Shown in pieces: positions 8,178 to 16,917 of a stretch of DNA of 35,030 nucleotides. Position 1 is the stretch's first letter, and each line of letters begins with the position of its first letter. The stretch is from Minisyncoccota bacterium (lineage in GTDB: Bacteria > Patescibacteriota > Minisyncoccia > UBA6257 > JAAZHW01), in contig JAQVHD010000002.1 in assembly GCA_028696375.1 (NCBI GenBank), forward strand, positions 1 through 35,030. The letters are read 5' to 3'. The translations under genes were made by a program, and so were the position numbers. The notes beneath the pieces are model-generated. The model saw nothing but the letters and a program-made list of their open reading frames with translations, had not been told where the DNA came from and made no database searches.

Positions 8178-8211
8178 ATTATAAGAATAATCAAAAAGGT
8201 TGATTTGTCAA
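8178..8211 (-). promoter_or_regulatory. Candidate promoter/operator: TTGACA (8206-8211) and TATAAT (8178-8183) separated by a non-canonical 22 nt that contains the inverted repeat AATCAA-N5-TTGATT (8189-8205)
   Basis: Both hexamers are consensus but the spacing is too long for a standard sigma70 promoter. The 6-5-6 palindrome between them looks like an operator. Confidence 0.35.
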
Positions 8212-8261
8212 GAAAAACGCGAAAGTTTATTCCGTCATCTTAAAAAACCTGAAAAATGAGC

Positions 8262-8301
8262 ATAAATAAAGCGGAAAAATTTCCAGAGGAAATTTTTCCG
8301 C
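8262..8301 (-). terminator. Rho-independent terminator after mraY (GCGGAAAAATTTCC aga GGAAATTTTTCCGC followed by a T-rich tail on the minus strand)
   Basis: Perfect 14-bp stem with a 3-nt loop, followed on the minus strand by TTTATTTAT. Confidence 0.8.
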
Positions 8302-8341
8302 TACATTAATTTTGCATTTACATTTTGACATTTGAATTCTC

Positions 8342-9394
8342 TTAGAGGATTTTATCAATAAAGAAAATCACCAATCCAAAAACTGTTGAAATAGCAGAAA
8401 TAATCCAAAAACGCATGGTAATTTTTTCTTCCGGCCAACCAATGGCTTCAAAATGATGATGAATAGGTGAAGAAAGAAAAACTTTCTTTTTTCTGAATTT
8501 TTTACTAATCAATTGAACAATAACCGATAATGTTTCAACTAAAGGAATAAAGGCAAAAAAAGGAAGAAGAAAAGCAGTATTAGTGTACATTGCTAAAACG
8601 CCAAGGGTGATGCCTAAAGCCATCGATCCAGTATCGCCCATAAAAAAACGCGCGGGATGAATATTAAACCACAAAAAGGCCAGAAGCGCCCCTAAAATAA
8701 CACCAATAAAAGTGGCAAGATCAAAACGACTTTGCACAAAAGCAACTACAGCCATTGCCAAATAAGCAAAAAGCATAACGCCGCCCGCTAATCCGTCTAA
8801 TCCATCTGTTAAATTCGTAGCATGAGCTGTGCCGACAACAACAAAAATAAAAAACAAAATATACCACGGCCCCAAAGAAATATCTCCCAAAAATGGAATA
8901 TGCACGACATCCCAATTGAGTTTAAAATAAAACCACGACGCACCCACTAAAGCGATAATAAAATAAAGAATCAATTTTTGTCTAACGCTTAATCCTCCAC
9001 CCTTCGGCCCTCGTTTTAAAACGCCAAAAATATCATCAGCTAATCCAATCAAAGCCGCACCAATAAGTGAGAATAACGGTAAATAAGTTTGAGGGCGGCT
9101 AACAAAATTAAAATAATCGAAAACTTGATCAAAAATTTTACTTAAAATGAAGACGGCGAAGGCAATAATAGCAGTAGTCAACCAAATTAAAATTCCGCCC
9201 ATTGTCGGCGTTCCCTCTTTTTTCTGATGAAAACTAGCAAAAATAGGGGCGCCTTCAATTCTGATCTGCTTACCAACATTATATTTTGATAAAATCTTTA
9301 ATAAAACCGGTGTAAGTAATAGCGACAAAATAAAAGAGACGGTTGAGAGGATAAAAAGACGTGATAATTGTAAAATAATAAGCTCAAAAGACAT
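8342..9394 (-). CDS. mraY: Phospho-N-acetylmuramoyl-pentapeptide transferase
   Basis: NLTDGLDGLAGG, GDTGSMALG and HHHFE motifs in a polytopic membrane protein; 350 aa. Confidence 0.95.
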   Translation of the reverse strand: MSFELIILQLSRLFILSTVSFILSLLLTPVLLKILSKYNVGKQIRIEGAPIFASFHQKKEGTPTMGGILIWLTTAIIAFAVFILSKIFDQVFDYFNFVSRPQTYLPLFSLIGAALIGLADDIFGVLKRGPKGGGLSVRQKLILYFIIALVGASWFYFKLNWDVVHIPFLGDISLGPWYILFFIFVVVGTAHATNLTDGLDGLAGGVMLFAYLAMAVVAFVQSRFDLATFIGVILGALLAFLWFNIHPARFFMGDTGSMALGITLGVLAMYTNTAFLLPFFAFIPLVETLSVIVQLISKKFRKKKVFLSSPIHHHFEAIGWPEEKITMRFWIISAISTVFGLVIFFIDKIL

Positions 9395-10376
9395 AAGCTT
9401 TATTCAGCCAACGCAATAGCGTTTCTATATCATTATAACGATCAGATGTCCTTAAAACAACAACTAAAACTCGGCGGGGCGGTTCATTGCTTCTTTGGCT
9501 AGGAACCAAAAAAACTCCGCAAAAAGTCTGCCAGGCTTCATCAGTAAAACCCGTCTTTCCACCAGCATAGATGACATTGATTTCGTTTAGAAAATCAGGG
9601 TTATGCGAAAGAAGATTAATGTTGGATAGATTATGCTCTACTGCTATTGATTTTTGGCCTTTATTATAAATACCAGTTATTTTATCTTGAGCGGTTTTTG
9701 AAATAATTAATAAGTTGGGATGTTCATCAACAATATAGCGCAATAATTTTTTTAAATCAGATGGCGTTGACTGGTTGAGAAAGCTCAAACCACTTGGCTC
9801 TACAAATGTTGTTTGAGTCATTTCTAATTCTTTCGCCATTTCATTCATCAATCCAACAAATTTTTCTTCACCCATATGCAAGGCGAGCGCCTGAGCTGCT
9901 TTATTGGAAGAAATCATCAAAAGTGCTTTTATCAGATCATTCACTTTTAATCTTTCGTCCTGATAAAAAATATTGAGATCTCCATCAATATTAAGAGCTT
10001 TTTCCGAAATTATTACTTCTTCGTCGGGGCTAAAATTATTTTCTGCAACAACAGCTGTCATTAGTTTTGTTAAGGAAGCAATGGGTCGTCTCAAGTTTGG
10101 CTGCTTTTGATAAAATATAAAATCTGAATCGAGGTCTGCTAAAAGTGCTCCTTCGGCATTTATCGATGGATCATTCCGAACATCCCAATTACGAAAAGGA
10201 TAAGTAATGGCCGAGAGATTAGAACGAGCTGTGTATTGAACCGAAAAAGAATGCCCATTAAGACGGGAATCATTATTAATAAAGAAGCGAGCGTAGAACC
10301 AGCTGCCTCCAAAACCGATTCCAACCCCCACTATAACAATAAGAATTATTTTTATAATTTTTTTCCAACTATCCAT
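9384..10376 (-). CDS. Serine-type D-Ala-D-Ala carboxypeptidase (S11, PBP5-like) with an N-terminal anchor
   Basis: SxxK (IASLTKLMT), SxN (ISSNKAA) and KTG (GGKTGFT) motifs. It overlaps the mraY start by 11 nt. Confidence 0.85.
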   Translation of the reverse strand: MDSWKKIIKIILIVIVGVGIGFGGSWFYARFFINNDSRLNGHSFSVQYTARSNLSAITYPFRNWDVRNDPSINAEGALLADLDSDFIFYQKQPNLRRPIASLTKLMTAVVAENNFSPDEEVIISEKALNIDGDLNIFYQDERLKVNDLIKALLMISSNKAAQALALHMGEEKFVGLMNEMAKELEMTQTTFVEPSGLSFLNQSTPSDLKKLLRYIVDEHPNLLIISKTAQDKITGIYNKGQKSIAVEHNLSNINLLSHNPDFLNEINVIYAGGKTGFTDEAWQTFCGVFLVPSQRSNEPPRRVLVVVLRTSDRYNDIETLLRWLNKAYVF

Positions 10377-10379
10377 AAA

Positions 10380-10892
10380 TTATAAATTATGATATTTTTC
10401 ATAATCAGGCAATTCTTCTATTTTTTCTAATCCCATTTTTCTTAGAAAATCAAAACTGATCTTATAAATGAAAGCGTTAGCTCGATGTGGATCGATTTCA
10501 CGATTAATTAATCCGCGAATTAATAAATTTCTGAGAATATAGGAGGAATTAACTCCTCGAATATTGTCAATTTCTGCTCGACTAATGGGCCCCTTATAAG
10601 CAATTATAGAAAGAGTTTCTAGGGATGCCGGCGTAAGGTCTTCTTTAAGAATTTTTTGAAGAAATTTTTCGATTGTTTCTCCTAAATCTGAGGCGGTCGT
10701 TAATTGAACTTGATCGTCAAAAACAATAAGCGCCAACCCTCGTTTATTGGTTTGATAATCGTTCTGCACCTCTTGAATGCTTTGCCGAATTTCTTTTACT
10801 GGAACCTCCAACAAATCGGCCAATCTCTGAAATTCCACCGGTTCACCAGCAACAAAAAGAATAGCTTCAATTTTTCTGGATAAGTCATTCAT
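10380..10892 (-). CDS. scpB: Segregation and condensation protein B
   Basis: IEAILFVAGEPV...LETLSIIAYKGPISRAEIDNIRGV is typical ScpB. It overlaps the scpA stop. Confidence 0.9.
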   Translation of the reverse strand: MNDLSRKIEAILFVAGEPVEFQRLADLLEVPVKEIRQSIQEVQNDYQTNKRGLALIVFDDQVQLTTASDLGETIEKFLQKILKEDLTPASLETLSIIAYKGPISRAEIDNIRGVNSSYILRNLLIRGLINREIDPHRANAFIYKISFDFLRKMGLEKIEELPDYEKYHNL

Positions 10893-11616
10893 GATAGTGA
10901 GATTGTTTAATGGTTATCATAATTTCACCAAAATTTTCTTGTTGCTCAACCATAATCAGCTGCTCTTTAAACATTTGCAAGATGGCTAAAAAAGTAACTA
11001 CCACTTCTATTTTTGCTCTTTTGGAAACTAATTGGTTAAATTCTGATGATGTTCGCTCAGTTAAAATCTTAAGAAGGTTCTCGATTTTCTCTTCTATCTT
11101 AATAACTTTTTTGATTTTTTCAATCGCTATTTCGCCCAAGCTACTAAATTCTTGCCAGGTTTTTACAAACGAATTATATAGCATTTCTGGCGTGCAATGC
11201 TCTGGCGGATAAAAAATCGGTGATTGATTAATCAAAAATTCTCGAGCAAACATCTGATTTTGGGTAAATTTTTCTTTGATAAACTGAGAAGCATTTTTAA
11301 ATAAACGATAAATTTCCAAACGTTCGGTTAAATCTTTAATCTCTGTCTCTTCTTCGGCGCTTAATTCAAGAGTGGGCAACAAACTTTTAGATTTAATTAA
11401 AATTAATTTTGCGGCTACTACCAAAAAATCAGCTAAAGCATCAGGTGAAGCCTGTTTTAAATCGCCTATATAGCTTAGAAAGGCATCCGTTACTTGAGCT
11501 AAATTAACTTCTGTAATTTCTAATTTTCTTTCCTCAATTAAACTTAGAAGTAAATCGAGCGGTCCGCTAAATTTTTCTTGTTGAATTTCTAACTGACTAA
11601 TTTTTTGCTGATTCAT
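10885..11616 (-). CDS. scpA: Segregation and condensation protein A (kleisin)
   Basis: FSGPLDLLLSLIEERKLEITEVNLAQVTDAFLSYI is the typical ScpA N-terminus. Confidence 0.9.
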   Translation of the reverse strand: MNQQKISQLEIQQEKFSGPLDLLLSLIEERKLEITEVNLAQVTDAFLSYIGDLKQASPDALADFLVVAAKLILIKSKSLLPTLELSAEEETEIKDLTERLEIYRLFKNASQFIKEKFTQNQMFAREFLINQSPIFYPPEHCTPEMLYNSFVKTWQEFSSLGEIAIEKIKKVIKIEEKIENLLKILTERTSSEFNQLVSKRAKIEVVVTFLAILQMFKEQLIMVEQQENFGEIMITIKQSHYHE

Positions 11617-11620
11617 AATC

Positions 11621-11649
11621 TTGCTTTATTTTAAATTCGAAATTATAAT
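11621..11649 (+). promoter_or_regulatory. Promoter TTGCTT(11621-11626)-17 nt-TATAAT(11644-11649) for the 123-aa ORF
   Basis: Good hexamers and spacing. The -10 lies inside the palindrome ATTATAAT (11642-11649), which could also serve divergent scpA. Confidence 0.5.
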
Positions 11650-11691
11650 CTAAGTAGCGCTTATTAACATTTTATTAAAAGGAGGTGTAAA

Positions 11692-12063
11692 ATGGCAATA
11701 AGGTATGGAAGATATGGTCGAAAAAATTGTCGTCATGAGTGGGCAATAAGAGCGGATGGTTATGAAGAATATTGTACGCCAATTATCTGCATTAAATGTG
11801 GGGCCTTCGGTTGTTTATGTGATGCCCGCCGGCAATTTAGGGATCAATATTTCATGAAGAAGTTTGGGATGTCTGCAAGTCTTTATAAACGTTTAGAAAC
11901 GCAAATAGTAATGATTCGAACAAGAGAAGAAGAAGAAGAAGAAGAAGAACAAAAATTGGTTGATCTCATATACAGCCGGGAGTACAAGAGCACGGATAAT
12001 ATTAATGGGAAATGGAAAAACCCTTACGTAGAAGAACTAAAAAAGAAAAAGAATAAGAGTTAA
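11692..12063 (+). CDS. Hypothetical 123-aa protein: N-terminal Cys/His cluster, poly-Glu run, Lys-rich tail
   Basis: AAGGAGGTG (11679-11687) lies 4 nt before the ATG (GGAGG core 6 nt before it). The gene has its own promoter and a strong terminator. Cys pattern NCRHEW...YCTPIICIKCGAFGCLCD. No family recognised. Confidence 0.6.
   Translation: MAIRYGRYGRKNCRHEWAIRADGYEEYCTPIICIKCGAFGCLCDARRQFRDQYFMKKFGMSASLYKRLETQIVMIRTREEEEEEEEQKLVDLIYSREYKSTDNINGKWKNPYVEELKKKKNKS
11926..11949 (+). repeat. (GAA)8 trinucleotide repeat encoding E8
   Basis: Read directly inside the 123-aa ORF. Confidence 0.9.
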
Positions 12064-12069
12064 TTTTTT

Positions 12070-12108
12070 ATGTCGCTTCGCTTTTAAACGAAGCGACATT
12101 TTTATTTT
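12070..12108 (+). terminator. Rho-independent terminator (ATGTCGCTTCG cttttaaa CGAAGCGACAT + TTTTATTTT)
   Basis: Perfect 11-bp stem followed by a T-run, 7 nt after the stop codon. Confidence 0.85.
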
Positions 12109-12263
12109 AGCAAACTTTTTATTTATTGTGAATGCTTAACAGGCTTTACTTTACGCATTTCTACGAAGCGCGTAATAAATGACGGAGAGAATTTTAACTA
12201 TTTTTCCCAATTTAATACCTGCAATAATTACAGAATAGCAATGCACAAATAATAAAAGCTAAT

Positions 12264-12297
12264 GAAAAAAACCGCATGGTTTTTACCCTGCGGTTTT
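12264..12297 (-). terminator. Rho-independent terminator after secA
   Basis: Minus strand reads AAAACCGCAgGGTaaaaACCaTGCGGTTTTTTT immediately after the secA stop. Confidence 0.8.
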
Positions 12298-12301
12298 AAT
12301 T

Positions 12302-14893
12302 TTATCTTCCGTGACATTTTTTAAATTTTTTTCCACTACCGCATGGACAAGGATCGTTCCGACCAACATTTTTGAATTTTTCCGGCGGAATATCTGATGG
12401 CAAGGGTGGTTTTGTTTCGGTTATTGGCGCTACCTGCGGTTTTTTTAGCTGGAAAACAATTTCAAAAAACATTTGATCAAAACGTTTAAAAAAATCTTTA
12501 AACAGCTGAAAAGCATTGGTTTTATATTCAACTAAAGGATCATGCTGGCCATAAGCTCTTAATTGGACTGCTTCCCGTAGATATTCAAGATTTTCTAAAT
12601 GATTTGTCCATAGATTATCTAAAATATTTAACATCATAGACTTCGAGACATTTTCCAGTAATTCTACACCTAATGATGATTTGGTTTTTTCAAATGCCAG
12701 CATAGTTTTTTCTAAAAGAAAATTGTAAAGATCATTCATCGGAATTTCCTTCAAATTAACTCCCCCCTCTAAAATATTTAATTCTTTCAAAACTGGCTCA
12801 ATGTTATCGATAGGCAATTGAATGAACTCCTGAATGTTGTTTTGGATAATACTTTCGACCTCCTTAAGAAGGTTTTTCTCTCGAGCCAACTCTAAAATTT
12901 TATTCCGATATTCATAAAAGACTTTTCGCTGCTTATTCAAAACATCGTCGAATTCAAGTGTATATTTTCGAGCATCGAAATTTAATCCCTCAATTTTAGA
13001 TTGAGCCGATTCGATAGCGTGATTAACTATTTTAGATTGAATAGGCGTTCCTTCGGGATAATTTAAAGTGTTCATCAGTGATTTTATGCGCTCACCGCCA
13101 AAAATTCTCATTAGATCATCTTCGAGTGAAACAAAAAACTGAGAAGAACCTGGATCCCCTTGCCTGCCGGCCCGACCCCGCAATTGATCATCTATACGAC
13201 GAGCTTCGTGTCTTTCTGTTCCAATAACATGAAGACCGCCTAACTCTTTTACTTTATCCGCTTCTTCCGCAATGGGAGGATTGCCACCTAATATAATGTC
13301 TACTCCCCTTCCCGCCATATTAGTTGCAACAGTAACAGCTTTTAATTTACCTGCCTGAGCTATAATTTCTCCTTCTTTTTCGTGGTTTTTGGCATTTAAT
13401 ATATTATGGGGAATTCCTTCTCTGGAAAGCATCGCTGAAAGCTTCTCATTATTTTCAATAGAAACCGTACCCACCAAGAGAGGCTGGCCCATCTTGTGTC
13501 TTTTTTTAATCTCTTCCACAATAGCTCTCCATTTTTCTTCTTGGGTTTTATAAACCAAATCTGGTAAATCTTTACGAATCATCGGCTTATTCGTAGGAAT
13601 AGGTACAACATCCAACCTATAAACCTTATCAAATTCTTCAGCTGAAGTGAGAGCCGTACCCGTCATTCCGGCTAATTTTTCATACATACGGAAATAATTT
13701 TGAAAAGTAATACTCGCTAAAATCCGATTCTCCTGTTTCACTTCTACGCCTTCCTTGGCTTCGATTGCCTGATGGAGTCCTCCAGAATAACGCCGACCAA
13801 ACAATAAACGACCGGTAAATTCATCTACAATAACCACCTCTCCATCTTTAACAATATAATCTTTATCCCGTTTAAACAATGCGTGGGCTTTTAATGATTC
13901 CTCCAGATAATGAACATATCGGAAATTTTCGGGAGAGTATAGATTTTTTATACCCAACATTTTTTCTACCTTTTCAATGCCGCTATCCAGAATAAGCACT
14001 GATCTTAATTTTTCATCTACTTGATAGTCGATATCTTTTTTTAAATGAGGCACAATTTTGACAAAAAGTTTATAAGACTCACTGGCTTCTGTATCAGGAA
14101 TGGTAATAATTAAAGGTGTTCGCGCTTCATCAATTAAAATACTGTCAACTTCATCAACGATGGCAAAATAATGGCCACGCTGTACTTTTTGATCTAAATC
14201 ATAAACGAGATTATCTCTTAAGTAATCAAAGCCAAACTCATTATTAGTTCCATAAGTAATATCGGCTCCATAGGCTTCTTTGCGAGATACTGGTCTTAAA
14301 TATTCATAAAATACTTTGAAACCGCCTGTCGTATCTCTTTTTTCATCTATTGCGTTTGCGTTATGAATTTCGAGATTTGAATTTTGGGATTTTTTATAAT
14401 CCGGGTCATAAATAAATGCCTCGTCATGAGTAATACAACCTATCGAAAGACCTAAGAGATAATAAATCTGACCCATCCAGACAGCATCGCGTTTAGCTAA
14501 ATAATCATTGACCGTTACAACATGAACGCCTTTTTGGGTAAGAGCATTAAGATAAACTGGCAAAGTAGCGGCTAATGTTTTCCCCTCGCCAGTTTTCATC
14601 TCGGCAATTTTTCCTTGATGAAGTGCTAATCCCCCTAATAATTGGACATCATAATGTCTTTGTTTTAATGCTCGCTTTGCTGCTTCACGAACCAAAGCAA
14701 ATCCTTCAACTAAAACATCCTCTAAATCCGTTGGCGTTTTTACTCTCTCTTTTAAAAGTAGCGATTTTTCTCGAAGAGAAAAATCGCTTAATTTTTCTAA
14801 ATCGAGTTCTAATGCGTTTACCTTGTCAATAAATCCTTTGTTTTTTTGATAAAATTTTTGACTCGGATCAGAATGAAAAAGTTTTAAAGCCAT
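12302..14893 (-). CDS. secA: Preprotein translocase ATPase SecA
   Basis: 863 aa with MKTGEGKTL (Walker A), DEVDSILIDEARTPLII, TNMAGRGVDI and a C-terminal zinc motif CPCGSGKKFKKCHG. Confidence 0.97.
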   Translation of the reverse strand: MALKLFHSDPSQKFYQKNKGFIDKVNALELDLEKLSDFSLREKSLLLKERVKTPTDLEDVLVEGFALVREAAKRALKQRHYDVQLLGGLALHQGKIAEMKTGEGKTLAATLPVYLNALTQKGVHVVTVNDYLAKRDAVWMGQIYYLLGLSIGCITHDEAFIYDPDYKKSQNSNLEIHNANAIDEKRDTTGGFKVFYEYLRPVSRKEAYGADITYGTNNEFGFDYLRDNLVYDLDQKVQRGHYFAIVDEVDSILIDEARTPLIITIPDTEASESYKLFVKIVPHLKKDIDYQVDEKLRSVLILDSGIEKVEKMLGIKNLYSPENFRYVHYLEESLKAHALFKRDKDYIVKDGEVVIVDEFTGRLLFGRRYSGGLHQAIEAKEGVEVKQENRILASITFQNYFRMYEKLAGMTGTALTSAEEFDKVYRLDVVPIPTNKPMIRKDLPDLVYKTQEEKWRAIVEEIKKRHKMGQPLLVGTVSIENNEKLSAMLSREGIPHNILNAKNHEKEGEIIAQAGKLKAVTVATNMAGRGVDIILGGNPPIAEEADKVKELGGLHVIGTERHEARRIDDQLRGRAGRQGDPGSSQFFVSLEDDLMRIFGGERIKSLMNTLNYPEGTPIQSKIVNHAIESAQSKIEGLNFDARKYTLEFDDVLNKQRKVFYEYRNKILELAREKNLLKEVESIIQNNIQEFIQLPIDNIEPVLKELNILEGGVNLKEIPMNDLYNFLLEKTMLAFEKTKSSLGVELLENVSKSMMLNILDNLWTNHLENLEYLREAVQLRAYGQHDPLVEYKTNAFQLFKDFFKRFDQMFFEIVFQLKKPQVAPITETKPPLPSDIPPEKFKNVGRNDPCPCGSGKKFKKCHGR

Positions 14894-15020
14894 AGTAAAT
14901 TTTTAATTATTTATTTATTTTATCACTTTTTTACAAAAATTCAAATTCTAAAATTTTCTAATTTTTTTATTATTCTTTTAGAATCTCTTAAAAATTTGCT
15001 ATTCAGCTGATTTTTAGCTT

Positions 15021-15047
15021 TTGGATTTTTGAATTTTAATTTATAAT
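15021..15047 (+). promoter_or_regulatory. Promoter with TATAAT (15042-15047) 7 nt before ATG 15055, and a weak -35 (TTGGAT at 15-nt spacing) within T-rich heptad-like repeats
   Basis: ttTTGGATttttgaattttaatTTATAATaaaaactATG. Confidence 0.45.
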
Positions 15048-15054
15048 AAAAACT

Positions 15055-15639
15055 ATGCCAAAAATAAATAATAACTATTTTTTATTACGTCACGGCGAAG
15101 CGTTTTCAAATAGAGAACCGCGCTGGCTTTCATGTTGGCCCGAAATTAAAACATCCCACCTTACACCTCGAGGCAAGGCTAAAATTAAAAAACAAGCTGA
15201 TTTTTTAAAAAATAAAGAAATAGATTTAATTTTCTCATCAGATTTAACTCGGACGCAAGAAACGGCTCAAATTATTGCCAAAAAGATAAAAAAACCGATT
15301 GTTCTTAAAAAAGCACTGAGAGAGTTAAACTTCGGAATCTTTAATGGTCTTCATCCCAATGTTTATCATGCTTATTTTCAAAACCCATTAGAGCGATTTT
15401 CTAAAAAAGTTCCTCAGGGCGAAACGCTTAATCAATGTCTTAAAAGATTTTTCAATTTTTGGAAAAAAATCAATGATCGCTATCACCAGAAAAACATTTT
15501 AATTATTAGTCATGGCGACCCCCTTTGGTTACTAGAATCAAAAATAAAGGGATTAACAAAAACCCAAATGATCAAAAATTATCCCCTTAGACTAAAACCC
15601 GGCGAATTGCGAATTATTAAGATGAATTTTAAAGATTAA
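15055..15639 (+). CDS. Histidine phosphatase family protein (phosphoglycerate mutase-like)
   Basis: RHG motif (FLLRHGEAFSN) and a distal His (IISHGDPL). Confidence 0.85.
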   Translation: MPKINNNYFLLRHGEAFSNREPRWLSCWPEIKTSHLTPRGKAKIKKQADFLKNKEIDLIFSSDLTRTQETAQIIAKKIKKPIVLKKALRELNFGIFNGLHPNVYHAYFQNPLERFSKKVPQGETLNQCLKRFFNFWKKINDRYHQKNILIISHGDPLWLLESKIKGLTKTQMIKNYPLRLKPGELRIIKMNFKD

Positions 15640-15988
15640 CCGCAACAATAGCCGCAATTGCTAAAAGCAAAAAAATATTAAGTAAAATATTGCTTGATAA
15701 AATAAACTGTGAAAGTTTTTTTATCCGATACCAAAAAACAAAAGCTAACAAAAGATGCAAGACCGAAAAGAAAAAACCGATAAACCAAAAAAGATAAAAA
15801 TTCCAGAAATAACCGGTCATTTTAATCCCCTCGAGAGAAGTATAATAAAGAATGTAGGAACGCTGGGGCAATGCTTTAATATTAACAAAAATAATAATTA
15901 GAGACGTCAGTAAAAGAATAATATTTACAATAAGACATGCTTTAACCCAACGCTCTTTTAAAAAATTTTTTAATTCGTCTTTGGCCAT
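15629..15988 (-). CDS. Hypothetical integral membrane protein (about 3 TM helices)
   Basis: Hydrophobic segments. I prefer ATG 15988 (MAKDELK...) because the track's ATG 15997 lies inside the TATAAT box. Confidence 0.5.
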   Translation of the reverse strand: MAKDELKNFLKERWVKACLIVNIILLLTSLIIIFVNIKALPQRSYILYYTSLEGIKMTGYFWNFYLFWFIGFFFSVLHLLLAFVFWYRIKKLSQFILSSNILLNIFLLLAIAAIVAVNL

Positions 15989-15995
15989 TGAACAC

Positions 15996-16024
15996 ATTAT
16001 AAAAATTTAGAGGTTAAAAGTCAA
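15996..16024 (-). promoter_or_regulatory. Consensus promoter TTGACT(16019-16024)-17 nt-TATAAT(15996-16001); ATG 15988 lies 7 nt after the -10 (leaderless type)
   Basis: Reverse complement reads TTGACTtttaacctctaaattttTATAATgtgttcaATG. Confidence 0.55.
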
Positions 16025-16112
16025 AAACTATCGAAAATCCGAAGGTTAAATGTCAAAATGAGGGAAATTTTTTCATTTTGAGTTTCCCATTTTGATTGTT
16101 GACTTTTTATAG

Positions 16113-16184
16113 CGCCCCTGATGGGAATCGAACCCATGTTTCCACCTTGAGAGAGTGGCGTCCTGGCCACTAGACGACAGGGGC
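16113..16184 (-). tRNA. tRNA-Glu (anticodon CUC), CCA not encoded
   Basis: Manual cloverleaf: GCCCCTG/CAGGGGC acceptor, GTCT-AGTGGCCA-GGAC D arm, CCACT-CTCTCAA-GGTGG anticodon arm, ATGGG-TTCGATT-CCCAT T arm; 72 nt. Confidence 0.9.
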
Positions 16185-16245
16185 TTAATTGCTATTTTAC
16201 CCAAAATTGATAAAAAATAAAGGATTTATCGGATTTTTAAAAAAA

Positions 16246-16274
16246 TTGACAAAATAATAAGAAGGAAGTAAACT
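16246..16274 (+). promoter_or_regulatory. Promoter TTGACA(16246-16251)-17 nt-TAAACT(16269-16274) for the 198-aa ORF
   Basis: Consensus -35 and correct spacing, followed by a leader of about 35 nt carrying AAGGAGG. Confidence 0.5.
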
Positions 16275-16312
16275 AAAAGTAGCTATTTAATTTTAAAATA
16301 AAGGAGGCTAAA

Positions 16313-16909
16313 ATGAGCTCAAAAATTAGCTTTTTCAAATGGACGCCCCAAGATAAAATCAGTGCTGTTGTTGCTCTTGGAATGGGCTTCAAACGAGATT
16401 TCACGGACATTTCTGATCAGACAAAAAGCATCTGTTCCACGGCTGCCCTGATTGCTCTGCAAAACAATGTTCCCCTCATTCTTGTTGGTCAAGAAATGGC
16501 TAGTGAACGCGAAGAATCTGAGGAAATAGATATCCAAACCCGCTGGATTCCCAATGAAACTGTTAAAATGTATCGATTTGTTAGACGCTATCATACCGAA
16601 CCAGCTCTCGTTGAAAAAATAAGTCAAGTAGGTGCTCTAACTCTTTTTGGAAAATTAGATAGAGTTCTTGATCTGATCGAACAAAAAGAATGGGAGAAAA
16701 TCGTTATAGTGTGTCATGTTGATATGGTTCGGAGGATGAAGAAAGTCCTAAAGCAGTTGTCATTAATAAAAGATGCTGCATGTTCGGTATATCTGGCTCC
16801 TGTTAGACCGGCGTACAATGGAGATTGTGATTTTTGGTGGACACGCGAGGGATGGCGCTCAAAAATTTATGAAACCGCGTGCAGGGTTTTAAATTTGATC
16901 AACCGTTAA
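16313..16909 (+). CDS. Hypothetical 198-aa protein, possibly DUF218/YdcF-like
   Basis: AAGGAGG (16301-16307) lies 5 nt before the ATG. Loose resemblance to the DUF218 layout (AVVALGMG..., PLILVGQ, IVCHVDMVRRM); this needs an HMM check. Confidence 0.55.
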   Translation: MSSKISFFKWTPQDKISAVVALGMGFKRDFTDISDQTKSICSTAALIALQNNVPLILVGQEMASEREESEEIDIQTRWIPNETVKMYRFVRRYHTEPALVEKISQVGALTLFGKLDRVLDLIEQKEWEKIVIVCHVDMVRRMKKVLKQLSLIKDAACSVYLAPVRPAYNGDCDFWWTREGWRSKIYETACRVLNLINR

Positions 16910-16917
16910 CGAAAATC

